From Octopus bimaculoides (Eukaryota): a stretch of DNA of 64,000 bases. Shown here piece after piece: positions 11,863 to 23,012 of this stretch. The stretch is from NCBI RefSeq assembly GCF_001194135.2, contig NC_068986.1, forward strand, positions 76,580,750 through 76,644,749, written 5' to 3'. The notes under the pieces are model-generated. The model did not search any database. It was not told the DNA's origin and worked only from the letters and a program-made list of their open reading frames with translations. Position 1 is the stretch's first letter, and the number at the start of each line of letters is the position of its first letter. A program made the position numbers and the translations under genes.

Positions 11863-12655
11863 NNNNNNNNNNNNNNNNNNNNNNNNNNNNNNNNNNNNNN
11901 NNNNNNNNNNNNNNNNNNNNNNNNNNNNNNNNNNNNNNNNNNNNNNNNNNNNNNNNNNNNNNNNNNNNNNNNNNNNNNNNNNNNNNNNNNNNNNNNNNNN
12001 NNNNNNNNNNNNNNNNNNNNNNNNNNNNNNNNNNNNNNNNNNNNNNNNNNNNNNNNNNNNNNNNNNNNNNNNNNNNNNNNNNNNNNNNNNNNNNNNNNNN
12101 NNNNNNNNNNNNNNNNNNNNNNNNNNNNNNNNNNNNNNNNNNNNNNNNNNNNNNNNNNNNNNNNNNNNNNNNNNNNNNNNNNNNNNNNNNNNNNNNNNNN
12201 NNNNNNNNNNNNNNNNNNNNNNNNNNNNNNNNNNNNNNNNNNNNNNNNNNNNNNNNNNNNNNNNNNNNNNNNNNNNNNNNNNNNNNNNNNNNNNNNNNNN
12301 NNNNNNNNNNNNNNNNNNNNNNNNNNNNNNNNNNNNNNNNNNNNNNNNNNNNNNNNNNNNNNNNNNNNNNNNNNNNNNNNNNNNNNNNNNNNNNNNNNNN
12401 NNNNNNNNNNNNNNNNNNNNNNNNNNNNNNNNNNNNNNNNNNNNNNNNNNNNNNNNNNNNNNNNNNNNNNNNNNNNNNNNNNNNNNNNNNNNNNNNNNNN
12501 NNNNNNNNNNNNNNNNNNNNNNNNNNNNNNNNNNNNNNNNNNNNNNNNNNNNNNNNNNNNNNNNNNNNNNNNNNNNNNNNNNNNNNNNNNNNNNNNNNNN
12601 NNNNNNNNNNNNNNNNNNNNNNNNNNNNNNNNNNNNNNNNNNNNNNNNNNNNNNN
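11863..12655. other. Largest assembly gap (other gaps near 3994, 8724, 20530, 25266, 26503, 28224, 36063, 38022, 46340, 48325, 53729)
   Basis: N runs, nearly all flanked by microsatellites, typical of a short-read scaffold; exons could be hidden in them. Confidence 0.98.
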
Positions 12656-13661
12656 TATATATATATATATATATATATTATATTATATTATACTTATTTA
12701 TTGTACTTTTAATTATAAATTTTTTCTATATGTGACAGTGGTTTTTCATCAATGAGTTCATAAACCTTGGTTCTTTTCTCTAATACTATATATTTATATA
12801 TATTTTATACTGTGAAACTTAATTTAATTTAAATTTTTAATAAATTGATTTTAATTGAGTTTTTACCTGTAATTTTGGATTTTATCCCTAATATTATTAT
12901 TATATATATATATATATGTACATATACATATCATGCTAGCACCATGTACTCGTAGCCAGTGTCACATAAAAAGCACTCATGGTCAGTGTCACATAAAAAG
13001 CACCTGTAAATTAGTTAGCATTAGGAAAGGCATCCAGATATAGAAAATCAGCCTCAAGTAAACTGTGTGACCCATGCAAACATGAAAAAGTGTTAAATGG
13101 TGATATGTATGTATGTATGTATGTATGTATTTATTTATGTCAATCCCACTTTCCATACAGACACATACACAATTATATATATACACACACACACATATAC
13201 ATATACACACACATACATATATACATACACACATTTTTGCTTATTCATGGTTATGCATTCATACAAATGGGTAAAAATAATTTATTTCCACGGCTCTCCA
13301 ACTAACACAATAACTCCTCCCCTTCGCATTTCTTACACAACTTCATAAAGAGTTTAGAATCTTTTACCTATTTACTTGTGATCTTACATCATACACCCGT
13401 GTCACGAATTCTCATTTCTGCAGGTGTGTCACCTTTCCATAAAACTTCAAGCACTACACTACTCTAAATACTCTGTTCTTTGACGTATTTTTAGGTTGAA
13501 AACTGAATTTTTGACTAAATAAAATCACTGCATCCAATTCCTTCCAGTTCTTTTGTCTGCAGTTTTCACTTACCTCACCCTCTCTCTCTCTCTCTGTATA
13601 TATATATATATATCTACATATATATATATATATATAAGGGCTTCTTGTATAGTTATGCCCT

Positions 13662-13695
<34 letters not shown>

Positions 13696-13787
13696 AATAT
13701 GATTTAGAGAAAAACGATAGATTCTTCCCTATGAATTTTTTTCACGATAACTACTTGATAAATTCTTATATAAGAGTTTATCCTATT

Positions 13788-13819
<32 letters not shown>

Positions 13820-14295
13820 CCACTCACCTTTCGTATGCTTATGAACTCCCTGCCCATTCACCCTGTCCAATCCCCCGGACTGCTTTCCTTATATTCACCT
13901 TCCTGTACTTTAAGGGTACACTCCAATACATCACCACTGTATTCTCTCTCTCTCTCTCTCTTCTCTAATTGCGGTAGCTATGTATCTCCTCTACCGTAAG
14001 ACACCTACTTCTGTCTCTCTATCATAATATACATCACCTGGTATAAAGCCATGTTCCTCAATACTATTCCCTCTTTCTGTTAAGGGGTGTTTGTCTTGTA
14101 AGTTATTTAGTGACATTGTTTGTGCTGGTGCTACATAAAAAAGCACTCAGAACATTCTGTAAAGTGGTTAGCATTAGGAAGGGCACCTGACCATAGAAAC
14201 CTTGCCAAAACAGACAGTGGAGCTTAGTGCAGTTCTTGCCAGTGCCTGCCAAACCATTCAGCCTATGCTAACATGGAAAATGGATGTTAAATATA

Positions 14296-14614
14296 TAGGC
14301 GTGGCTGTGTGGTAAGAAGCTTGCTCTCCAACCACATGCCTCTGGGTTCAATCTCACTGTGTGGCACCTTGGGTAAGTGTCTTCTACTACAGTCTTGGAA
14401 GGGGATTTGGTAGAATGAAACTGAAAGAAGACCTGTGTTGGTGTGTTTACATCCCTGTAACTTAGTGGTTCAGCAAAAGAACCAATACAATAAGTACTAA
14501 GCTTAAAAAATAAGTCCTGGGACTGATTTCTTTGACTAAAACCCTCCAAGGCAGTGCTCTAGCATGGCCGCAGTCAAATGACTGAAACAAGTAAAAGAAT
14601 AAAGGAATAAAAGA
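14296..14614 (+). mobile_element. SINE family A
   Basis: ggcgtggctgtgtggtaagaagc...gcatggccgcagtcaaatgactgaaacaagtaaaagaa. Confidence 0.85.
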
Positions 14615-14865
14615 GTATATGTATCTGTTCATATGTCTGTTTTATTATTGTTGTTATTATTATTTTCATTATCATCTTCTTTCAGTTCTATTTCCATTTC
14701 TTGCTGGGTGTCTTCCTGACACCTAGGGCAGAGAAATGCACTGTATACATTGGTAGGCCATTAAAATAAACACACCAGATTGTTTGGAGACCAGGATGTT
14801 TTCAGTGCCTTCCAACAGTATCACTCCATCCAGTGTTGCCAAGTGTCATGGATATTATTATTATT

Positions 14866-15180
14866 GTTCAATAGTTTTATTTTTATAACGTGCTTTCACT
14901 TCACTACCGAGCTCAGCTCTGTGTGCCTTGGGTATGTGCTGTGGTTTGCTGTGATGCTCTTATGGTTACTGTATTGAAAGTGTTTTGCGTAGGATGTGTG
15001 CAGTGCCCAGTAGTGCAATTTTCTGTATGTTATATATATTTGTAAGTCCTGGTGTTTTTGTTATGTATTTGTCTGAATATTTTTTATTATACCTAAGGCA
15101 CCTACTATGATAGGAATTGTTTCTGTTTTTAGATTCCACATTCGAGTTACCTCTATTTCCAGGTCTTTGTATTTTGAAAG
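14866..15180 (-). mobile_element. 3' fragment of an R4/Dong-like non-LTR retrotransposon (restriction-like endonuclease C-terminus + 3' UTR) in (TAA)n
   Basis: Minus strand encodes SKYKDLEIEVTRMWNLKTETIPIIVGALG / KYSDKYITKTPGLTNIYNIQKIALLGTAHILRKTLSIQ* with one 1-nt slip in an A-run. (ATT)n lies on both sides. Confidence 0.8.
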
Positions 15181-15199
15181 TTTTATTATTATTATTATT

Positions 15200-15874
15200 T
15201 AGGCTGGAAGCTGGCACACCCACTTGCATGCTGGGCAAAATGCTTAGTGGCATTTCATCCTTTACATTCTGAGTTCAAATTCTGCTGGGATCAATTTTAC
15301 CTCTCATCCTTTCGTGGTCGATAAAGTAAGTACCAGTTGAACACTGGAGTCAATGTTATCTACTTACCCCTCCCCCAAAATTTCAGGCCTTGTACCCATA
15401 GTAGGAAGGATTATTATTATTATTACTATTATTAAGGCAGTGAGCTGGCGGAGCTGTTAGCACATTGGGTAAAATACTTAGCAGTATTTCATCTGTCTGC
15501 ATGTTCTGAGGTCAAATTCCATCGAGGTTGACTTTGCCTTTCATCCTTTTGGGGTCGATAAATTAAGTACCAGTGAAACACTAGGGTTGATATTACTGAC
15601 TAGTCCCCGCTGCACAAATGTGCTTGTAGTAAAAAGGTTTATTATTGTTACTACTACTATTATTATTATTAACTCGTTAACATGCTGGGCTAAATACTAA
15701 ACAGTATTTTGCCTGTCGCTACATTCTGAGTTCAAATTCAGCTGAGGTCGACTTTGCCATTCATCCTTTCAGGGTCGATAAATTAAGTACCTGTTGAACA
15801 CTGGGGTTGATGTAATTGACACATCCTCTCCCCCAAAATGGCTGCCCATGTGGCAAAATTTGAAAGCATTATTA

Positions 15875-15923
<49 letters not shown>

Positions 15924-16130
15924 GGGTGGTGAGTTGGCAAAATCTTTAGCATGCTAGACAAAATGCTTAGTGGTATTTCGTCTGTCGCTACATTCAAAGT
16001 TCAGATTCCGCTGAGGTCGACTTTACCTTTCATCTTTTCGGGGTCATTAAATTAAGTCCCCTCCCCACAAATTTGAGGTCTTGTGCCTATAGTAGAAAGG
16101 ATTATTATTATTATTATTATTATTATTATC
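15200..16130 (+). mobile_element. Second head-to-tail array of about 4 SINE family B copies separated by (ATT)n
   Basis: Units start near 15200, 15437, 15675 and 15925, with the same core as the 2172-3993 array. Confidence 0.85.
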
Positions 16131-17142
16131 ATCATCATTATTATTATTATTATATTTTATATGCTACTCATTCATTTTATTAGTGGGTCACTCATTTCAT
16201 TAGTTGTAGACTGGAGATCTGGTTATTTTCAGTGCTGTCCAACAGTATCACACCATCCAGTATTGCCAAGTATCATGGATGTTACCAGGGAATGTTTGGG
16301 TTATTTTGGCCCAAACTATGGCACATGTTACCTCCTCACCATCAGTGCAACAATCACACCAAGATGCAGCTATATCTGCTTTGATTTTAACTTTGGTTTT
16401 TCTTTCACATCATCATCTTAATATCTATCAGTCAGATGGAATTTCTTGAGGCAGAATTTCTACAGCTGGATGCCCTTTCTGTTGCCAACCTTTATTTGTT
16501 TGTAAGTAAGGCTATATTTCCTCATAGCTAAGGTGGCAAGCTGGCAGAACTGTTAGCATGCTGGGCAAAATGCTTAGTGGCATTTCGTCCATCTTTACAT
16601 TCTGAATTCAAATTCCACCAAGGTTGACTTTGCCTTTCATCCTTTTGGTGTCAATAAAATAAATACCACCTGAGCACTGGGGTTGATGTAATCAACCTAT
16701 CTCTTACCCTGAAATTGCTGGCCTCATGCCAAAATTTGTAATCAATATTTCCTCTTAGCTAGAAATGTTTTCATGGAAGATTGTAAGCAAAGGACACCAC
16801 TTCTATGACAGTGACACTTGTTTACAGCCATCAACCTGTGTCAAGACAAGGAGACACTGACTCTCTCTCTCTCTCTCTCATACACTCACATATACTCACA
16901 CATGCATAAACATACACACATAGGTATATGTATGCTATTATATATGTATATATGAGCAGACCTCTAAAGAGGTTGGTGTTGGTCTGTGACAGCAAAACCT
17001 ATATTATGTAGCAAAATCAATGAAAAGAAGACAGTGAACTTGGTGTGAGGAATAGAAAGTCTATCGGTTTGGACAGTGTCCTTCTTCTGGGAAAAATTGA
17101 AAGGAAAGAAATAAATGAAAGGCAGTAGAGTTTTACATCCTT

Positions 17143-17550
17143 TCATCATCATCATCATCATCATTTGATGTCTGTTGTCCATGCTGGCATGGGTTGGACA
17201 GTTTAACCAAGGCTTGCAAGCTGGAAGGCTGTACCAGACTCCAGTCTGATTTGGTGTGGTTTCTATGGCTTGATGCCCTTCCTAACACTAACCACTCCGA
17301 GAGTGTAGTGGGTGCTTTTACATGCCACCAGCATGGGTGCCATTTGTGTGACACCAGTATTTGTCACAACTGCGATTTTGCTTGGCTTGATGGGCCTTCT
17401 TCTCAAGTATGACATAATGCCAAAGATCTTGGTCATTGCCTCTGTGAGGCCCAACACTTGAAAGGAGCTCAGTCGCATTGCTTCTGTGATGTCCAATGCT
17501 CAAAAGGTGCTTTTTATGTGTCATCGGCACAGGTGCCAGTTACATGACAC
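17143..17550 (-). mobile_element. RTE LINE 3' end (last ORF2 codons, 3' UTR, (GAT)n tail)
   Basis: LGLTEAMTK.. C-terminus, then aaaagcacccactacactc..ggaagggcatc..catgccagcatgga..(gat)n, as in the + copy at 24480-25149. Confidence 0.8.
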
Positions 17551-17565
17551 CAGCATCAGCCACAA

Positions 17566-17795
17566 GGCAGCGAGCTGGCAGAATCGTTAGCATGCCGGAC
17601 GAAGTGCTTAGCGGTATTTCGTCTGCCACTACGTTCTGAGTTTAAATTCTTCCGAGGTCCACTTTGCCTTTCATCCTTTCGGGGTCGATTAAATAAGAAC
17701 CAGTTATGCACTGGAGTTGATGTAATCGACTTAATTCCATTGTTTGTCCTTGTTGTCCCCTCTATGTTTAGCCACTTGTGGGCAATAAAGAAATA
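17566..17795 (+). mobile_element. Young SINE family B copy inserted in the RTE remnant
   Basis: CpG-rich and near consensus; 14-bp TSD agcatcagccacaa at 17552-17565 and 17796-17809. Confidence 0.92.
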
Positions 17796-17817
17796 AGCAT
17801 CAGCCACAACTACGATT

Positions 17818-18858
17818 TCACTTGGCTTGATGGGTCTTCTCAAGCACAGCATATTGCCAAAGGTCTTGGTCTCTAGTCATTGCCTCTGTGAGGCCCAAAA
17901 TTCGAAGATCATGATTCACCACCTCATCCCATGTCTTTCTGGGTCTACCTCTACCACAGGTTCCCTCCACAGTTAGAGACTGGCACTTGTTTACACAGCT
18001 GTCCTTGTCCATATGCATCACATGACCATACCAGTGGAGTTGTCTCTCTTGCACACCATATCTGATGCCCCTTATGCCTAACTCTTCTCTCAAGATGCTT
18101 ACACTCTGTTGAACATGCATACTGACATTGCACATTCAGCGAAGCATACTGACTTCATTTCTTTCAAGATTACACATGACCTCAGTTGTCACAGTCCATG
18201 TTTCATTGCCATGTAGCATAGCTGTTCGCACACAGGCATCGTACAGTCTACCTTTCACTCTGAGGGAGAGGCCCTTTGTTGCCAGCAGAGGTAGGAGCTC
18301 TCTGAACTTCGCCCAGCCTATTCTTATTCTTACAGCTACACTCTCAGAGCATCCATCTCTGCTTCTAACTTGGTCACCTAGATAATGGAAGCTGTCTACT
18401 ACCTCTAGCTTACACCCCTGGCAGTTGATGAAGTCTATTTTCTGTACATTTTTGGTGTTTATTGTACCTGTGCATCTTCCACATACAAAAGCTATTTTCC
18501 CTGTTAACCTTCCTCTGATATTGCTGCACCTTTTATGTGTCCAAAGCTTACACTGGGTGCATCTTATGGAGTTTCTACCTACACCTTTTCTACAGATTGA
18601 GCAGGGCCATCTACCTGAAAGGATTTGTGGTTTGTCTGCCTTCCTACTTACTAAGACTTTGGTTTTTACTAGGTTATCTCTAAGGCCCTTTAATTCTAGA
18701 CCTTGCTTCCATACCTGGAATTTCTTCTCTAGTTCTGGTAGTGATTCAGCTATTACAGCAAGGTCATCAGCATAGAGGAGCTCCCAGAGGCAGCCTGTCT
18801 TAAATTCCTCTGTTATAGTCTGGAGGACTATGATGAACAAGATGGGGCTGAGGATCAC
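17818..18858 (-). mobile_element. 5'-truncated RTE-clade LINE ORF2 (RT from the YADD region, PHD-like finger, C-terminus) with one nonsense codon
   Basis: LSPILFIIVL..LLYADDL..FHYLGD..MLHGNETW..SMLR*MCNVS..RGRPRKTWDEVV..; the TGA at 18136-18138 replaces an expected Trp, and the two listed ORFs share one frame. Confidence 0.92.
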
Positions 18859-18962
18859 AAATATATAGAGTAATAGTTGTAGTTAGAGAGAGAAATAATT
18901 TTTGAATTTCTTCTTATATGCCATGGCTAAAGAGTTGAATTTGAATTTAAGATTTATATTAA

Positions 18963-19457
18963 CCCTTTAGCATTCAGATTATTCTGTCACATGTAATGTG
19001 TTGAATTAATTATGCATTATATTGTAACTATGTGAAGGCGCATGGCTCAGTGGTTAGAGCATCGAGCTTACGATTGTGTTCTTGAGCAAGACACTTTATT
19101 TCATGTTGCTCCAGTTCACTCATCTGTAGAAATGAGTTGTGACGTCACAGGTGCCAAGCTGTATCAGCCTTTGCCTTTTCCTTGGATAACACTGGTGGCA
19201 TGGAGAGGGGGGGGGCAATATGCATGGGCGACTGCTGGTCTTCCATAAACAATCTTGCCCGGACTTGTGCCTGGGAGGGTAACTTTCTAGGTGCAATCCC
19301 ATGGTCAGTCACATTGTAATTTCAAGTTTTCAATGATGTCATTGTTTATTTTTAGAATAACATTGTAGGGTAGGTGTGTGAGGCCAGAGCTAGCCAGTTT
19401 GAACATAAAACAAGTGGAATATTTTGGCTGGATATGGCCAGTTTAAATGTTAAAGGG
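18963..19457 (+). mobile_element. piggyBac-type MITE family E interrupted by SINE family C
   Basis: TTAA|CCCTTTAGCATTCA at 18959; right end aatgttaaaggg at 19457; internal sequence matches 1245-1464 once 19033-19312 is removed. Confidence 0.82.
19033..19312 (+). mobile_element. SINE family C (tRNA head + CORE-like domain)
   Basis: gaaggcgcatggctcagtggttagagc..gtgttcttgagcaagacactttatttc..ttgctccagttcactcatctgtagaaatgagt; related copies at 27055, 46397 (-) and 62335. Confidence 0.85.
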
Positions 19458-19659
19458 TTGTGATGTTCACTAATTCTCTGAATATAATAAACTTGTAATT
19501 AAATGTAATGTTCAATCATTAGAATCAAATTCCTTATTACTCTATTGGTTTGCTGAGAATATACTGTATGGATGTAAGGTATACAAAAGTGTTCTTTGTG
19601 GTGAAGGAATAAAGAATTTTAATTAGGGAAATAAAATTATCAATAGACTTATCTAAATT

Positions 19660-19775
19660 TGTTGCATGTCTCAGTGTCATTGTAAAAATAAGCAATCACA
19701 TCATTGAAATCTCAAAGCTACAAGATAATGCATGATTAATTAATTGACAAAGTAATTTGAATGCTAAAGGGTTAA
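19660..19775 (-). mobile_element. piggyBac-type MITE family E, partial
   Basis: Ends tgaatgctaaagggTTAA; internal part is the reverse complement of family E. Confidence 0.7.
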
Positions 19776-21854
19776 TGCAAGAGTCAGCTCATGCCATTCT
19801 TTAGACTTGAAGATATGACCACATTAGCTCAGCCTGCTAAGACAGCTAGTGACCAACAGACCGTACATTGGCATGGCCTTATTGTAGGTGAATTGCCTTA
19901 CAGGGCTAGAGAGCTGCACCTACCCTGGAGTTACAGGAAGGGTGTCAATATGGACACTGGACTGCCTGAAGGACTCCACTTCTTGATTTGCTATTGAGTT
20001 TGACTCCCCCTCGTCTTTTCCTTTCTCAAGGCGTTCGAAAGGCAGTGAGGATTTGTGCTTGGAATTTCATCCATAACTTGCTAATTAATCCATAGCTGGG
20101 ACCATGACAAGAGTTGTTACTCTGGGTCAGAATAGACCCAGGAGCAATAGTGGCTAAGAGGGGAATTCAACATCCCTCAAAACCCTGAAACTCAAGAACC
20201 AGTGTTCCACTGCCAAATGCAGTTCAAAGTCATACCCAGGATGTGTATATACATAGTTATATACATACATATGTATATCTATATAACTATATTCTCTGTC
20301 TCACTCATTTCCCAATGAGAAGACAAAAGAATAATCAATTATCTTATGAACTAATGTAATTCATAAGATAATCGATTATTCCTTTGTGTTCTCATTTTCC
20401 TATCACCACTGTATACTCAACTAATGCTTCATTCTGAAGCATTATATATTGAGTTCTACACTAAGTTTTTAGTATTGCAATGCCTAAGTGATATATATAT
20501 ATATATATATTTATTTATATATATATATANNNNNNNNNNNNNNNNNNNNNNNNNNNNNNNNNNNNNNNNNNNNNNNNNNNNNNNNNNNNNNNNNNNNNNN
20601 NNNNNNNNNNNNNNNNNNNNNNNNNNNNNNNNNNNNNNNNNNNNNNNNNNNNNNNNNNNNNNNNNNNNNNNNNNNNNNNNNNNNNNNNNNNNNNNNNNNN
20701 NNNNNNNNNNNNNNNNNNNNNNNNNNNNNNNNNNNNNNNNNNNNNNNNNNNNNNNNNNNNNNNNNNNNNNNNNNNNNNNNNNNNNNNNNNNNNNNNNNNN
20801 NNNNNNNNNNNNNNNNNNNNNNNNNNNNNNNNNNNNNNNNNNNNNNNNNNNNNNNNNNNNNNNNNNNNNNNNNNNNNNNNNNNNNNNNNNNNNNNNNNNN
20901 NNNNNNNNNNNNNNNNNNNNNNNNNNNNNNNNNNNNNNNNNNNNNNNNNNNNNNNNNNNNNNNNNNNNNNNNNNNNNNNNNNNNNNNNNNNNNNNNNNNN
21001 NNNNNNNNNNNNNNNNNNNNNNNNNNNNNNNNNNNNNNNNNNNNNNNNNNNNNNNNNNNNNNNNNNNNNNNNNNATTTACTACAGTAAGTTCTCTAACCA
21101 AGGTTTTGCCAGCTCCAAATGGAAACTCTCTCTCTCTCTTTCTCTCTCTCTCCATTCACAGTTTTTTTTAGTTTGATCTCTCTAACCACTCATCTTTGAT
21201 TAGATGCATTCTTCACCAGACAGACACTTTTGTTTTTTTTTATGACTTGGTTCACTAAAACTTGTGTTGTAGAAGACAATTCATTTGCATCACAACCTTG
21301 TTCTCTCTTTATATTCTTGAGCCATAACTTCCATACAAACAGTAATATATTTGTATTGATGTATCCATAACAAGGTTTCTAAAATGGCCAATTATAACAT
21401 TTCTTGCTATCATTTTATGCAGATAAAACTAATCAAACATTGACAGAAGCCTATGAAACCAAGAACTAAAACATTACATTTCATTTTCACACTTGTTTGA
21501 GAATACCAAGAATAGAACATTAAGAATATTACTATACAGAAATAATAATAGTGATAATAATGTCCTAGGTGTTGTGAAGACACTCAACAAAAAATGAAAA
21601 CAAAATTGAAGAACTCTATAATAATAATAATAATCATTGTTTGTGTGTGTGTGTGTGTGTGTATTATGTATCATAAATGTTAAATGTTACGATATATATA
21701 ACATATATATGTTAGAACTTTTAATATTTATTATGTATATAAGAGTATGTGTGTATTTAACATTTATAGTGCATATAAGAATATATTTATGTGAGTGTGT
21801 GTGTGTGTTTACAAGAAAGATTGTGGTAGTGAATTTGAAATTTCGACTTGCTAG

Positions 21855-22031
21855 CAGTGTCATCTTAAGGCATGGGCACACTGGGAAGTTGCCCAAAGGT
21901 TGCATGAGTTTAGGGGCCCAATTCTGATCTATGTATTCTGTCAATAAATATGTATACTGTCAATAAATATATACTCTAGGGCCCAGTGCACTGATTTGTC
22001 CAGGTCCTATAATGCTGTTAAGACGGCCCTG
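21855..22031. mobile_element. hAT-type MITE (Tip100-like ends)
   Basis: Ends cagtgtcatcttaag ... gttaagacggccctg; perfect 8-bp TSD cttgctag (21847-21854, 22032-22039). Confidence 0.88.
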
Positions 22032-23012
22032 CTTGCTAGCCTTCATTGGACTGTCCAATGAAAATTATCAGGGCAAAACTTTAGAGTCACTGTCACCATC
22101 CTTCCTCTAATAGTATAATAAATGTATTCTTTACAAAACGTATTGAATAATTCTTCAGTTTAATGTAAAATTGTTTTTTTTTTCCCAACACTTCCCCCTC
22201 CTCCACCACCCCACCCTATATAAACTAGCTCATTCGGATTCTGCTACTTCATTTTAATAACTCCACCAAAAGAATACAAATCCAGAAGATGTTCAGATAA
22301 GAAATCTTGTTTCTTTTCTCAACTTTGTACATCTAACACCTCTCTGCACAGACCATAATCTCCTTATTAGTTCTTTGCATTATTCTATCTATTTCATTAC
22401 CTATGTAAACATAGTTTAAACATAGTTTCGTATTCCACGCTGTTATGTTTTAAAAACAAACTTAAGTTCCTTTCACATGCATTTACTATCGTCACTTATT
22501 CATTTATTCACTTTTGTCACATCATCACTTATTTCTCTAATTTTGTCACAGATTGGCTGACCGAAAATTCTAAGATTTTTCAATTCTATTTCACTGTTAT
22601 CAGCATTTACTGTTTCATTAAATTATGTTACCCAAAATCTGAAAAGAATATTTTTCTCCCTTGTGTTCTATCCTTGACCAGCCTAACCCTGGTCCCCCCC
22701 CTCTCTCTCTGTTTCATTAACCTCTTCCACTACCCCACCCTATATAACTAGCTCACTCTGATTCCGCTACTTCATTTTAATAACTCCGCCAAAAGAATAC
22801 AAATCCAGATGTTCTTCTCTAATTCTGCTATTTTGCGGTATGCCCATTTTCCCACCCCCCGCCACCTGTACCGGAAGTCCCTATCCTCTGACATCTTTTG
22901 ATTGTCTCCCATGAACACTTCTAAAGGCTTAATGTCATCCCCACCCCTACTTAGGGTTTATCTCCTATGTAAGGAAGTGATCATGTAGTGCATAAAAATA
23001 ATGGTGTAGTGT

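Noticed and set aside
11540-12755. Long ORFs of 200-390 aa here and at 20424-21176, 25035-25631 and 28149-28967
   Set aside because: They are open only because they run through N gaps and TA/CT microsatellites.
19791-19997. 68-aa ORF as a host exon
   Set aside because: No convincing splice sites or homology; at most a faint resemblance to a LINE C-terminus.
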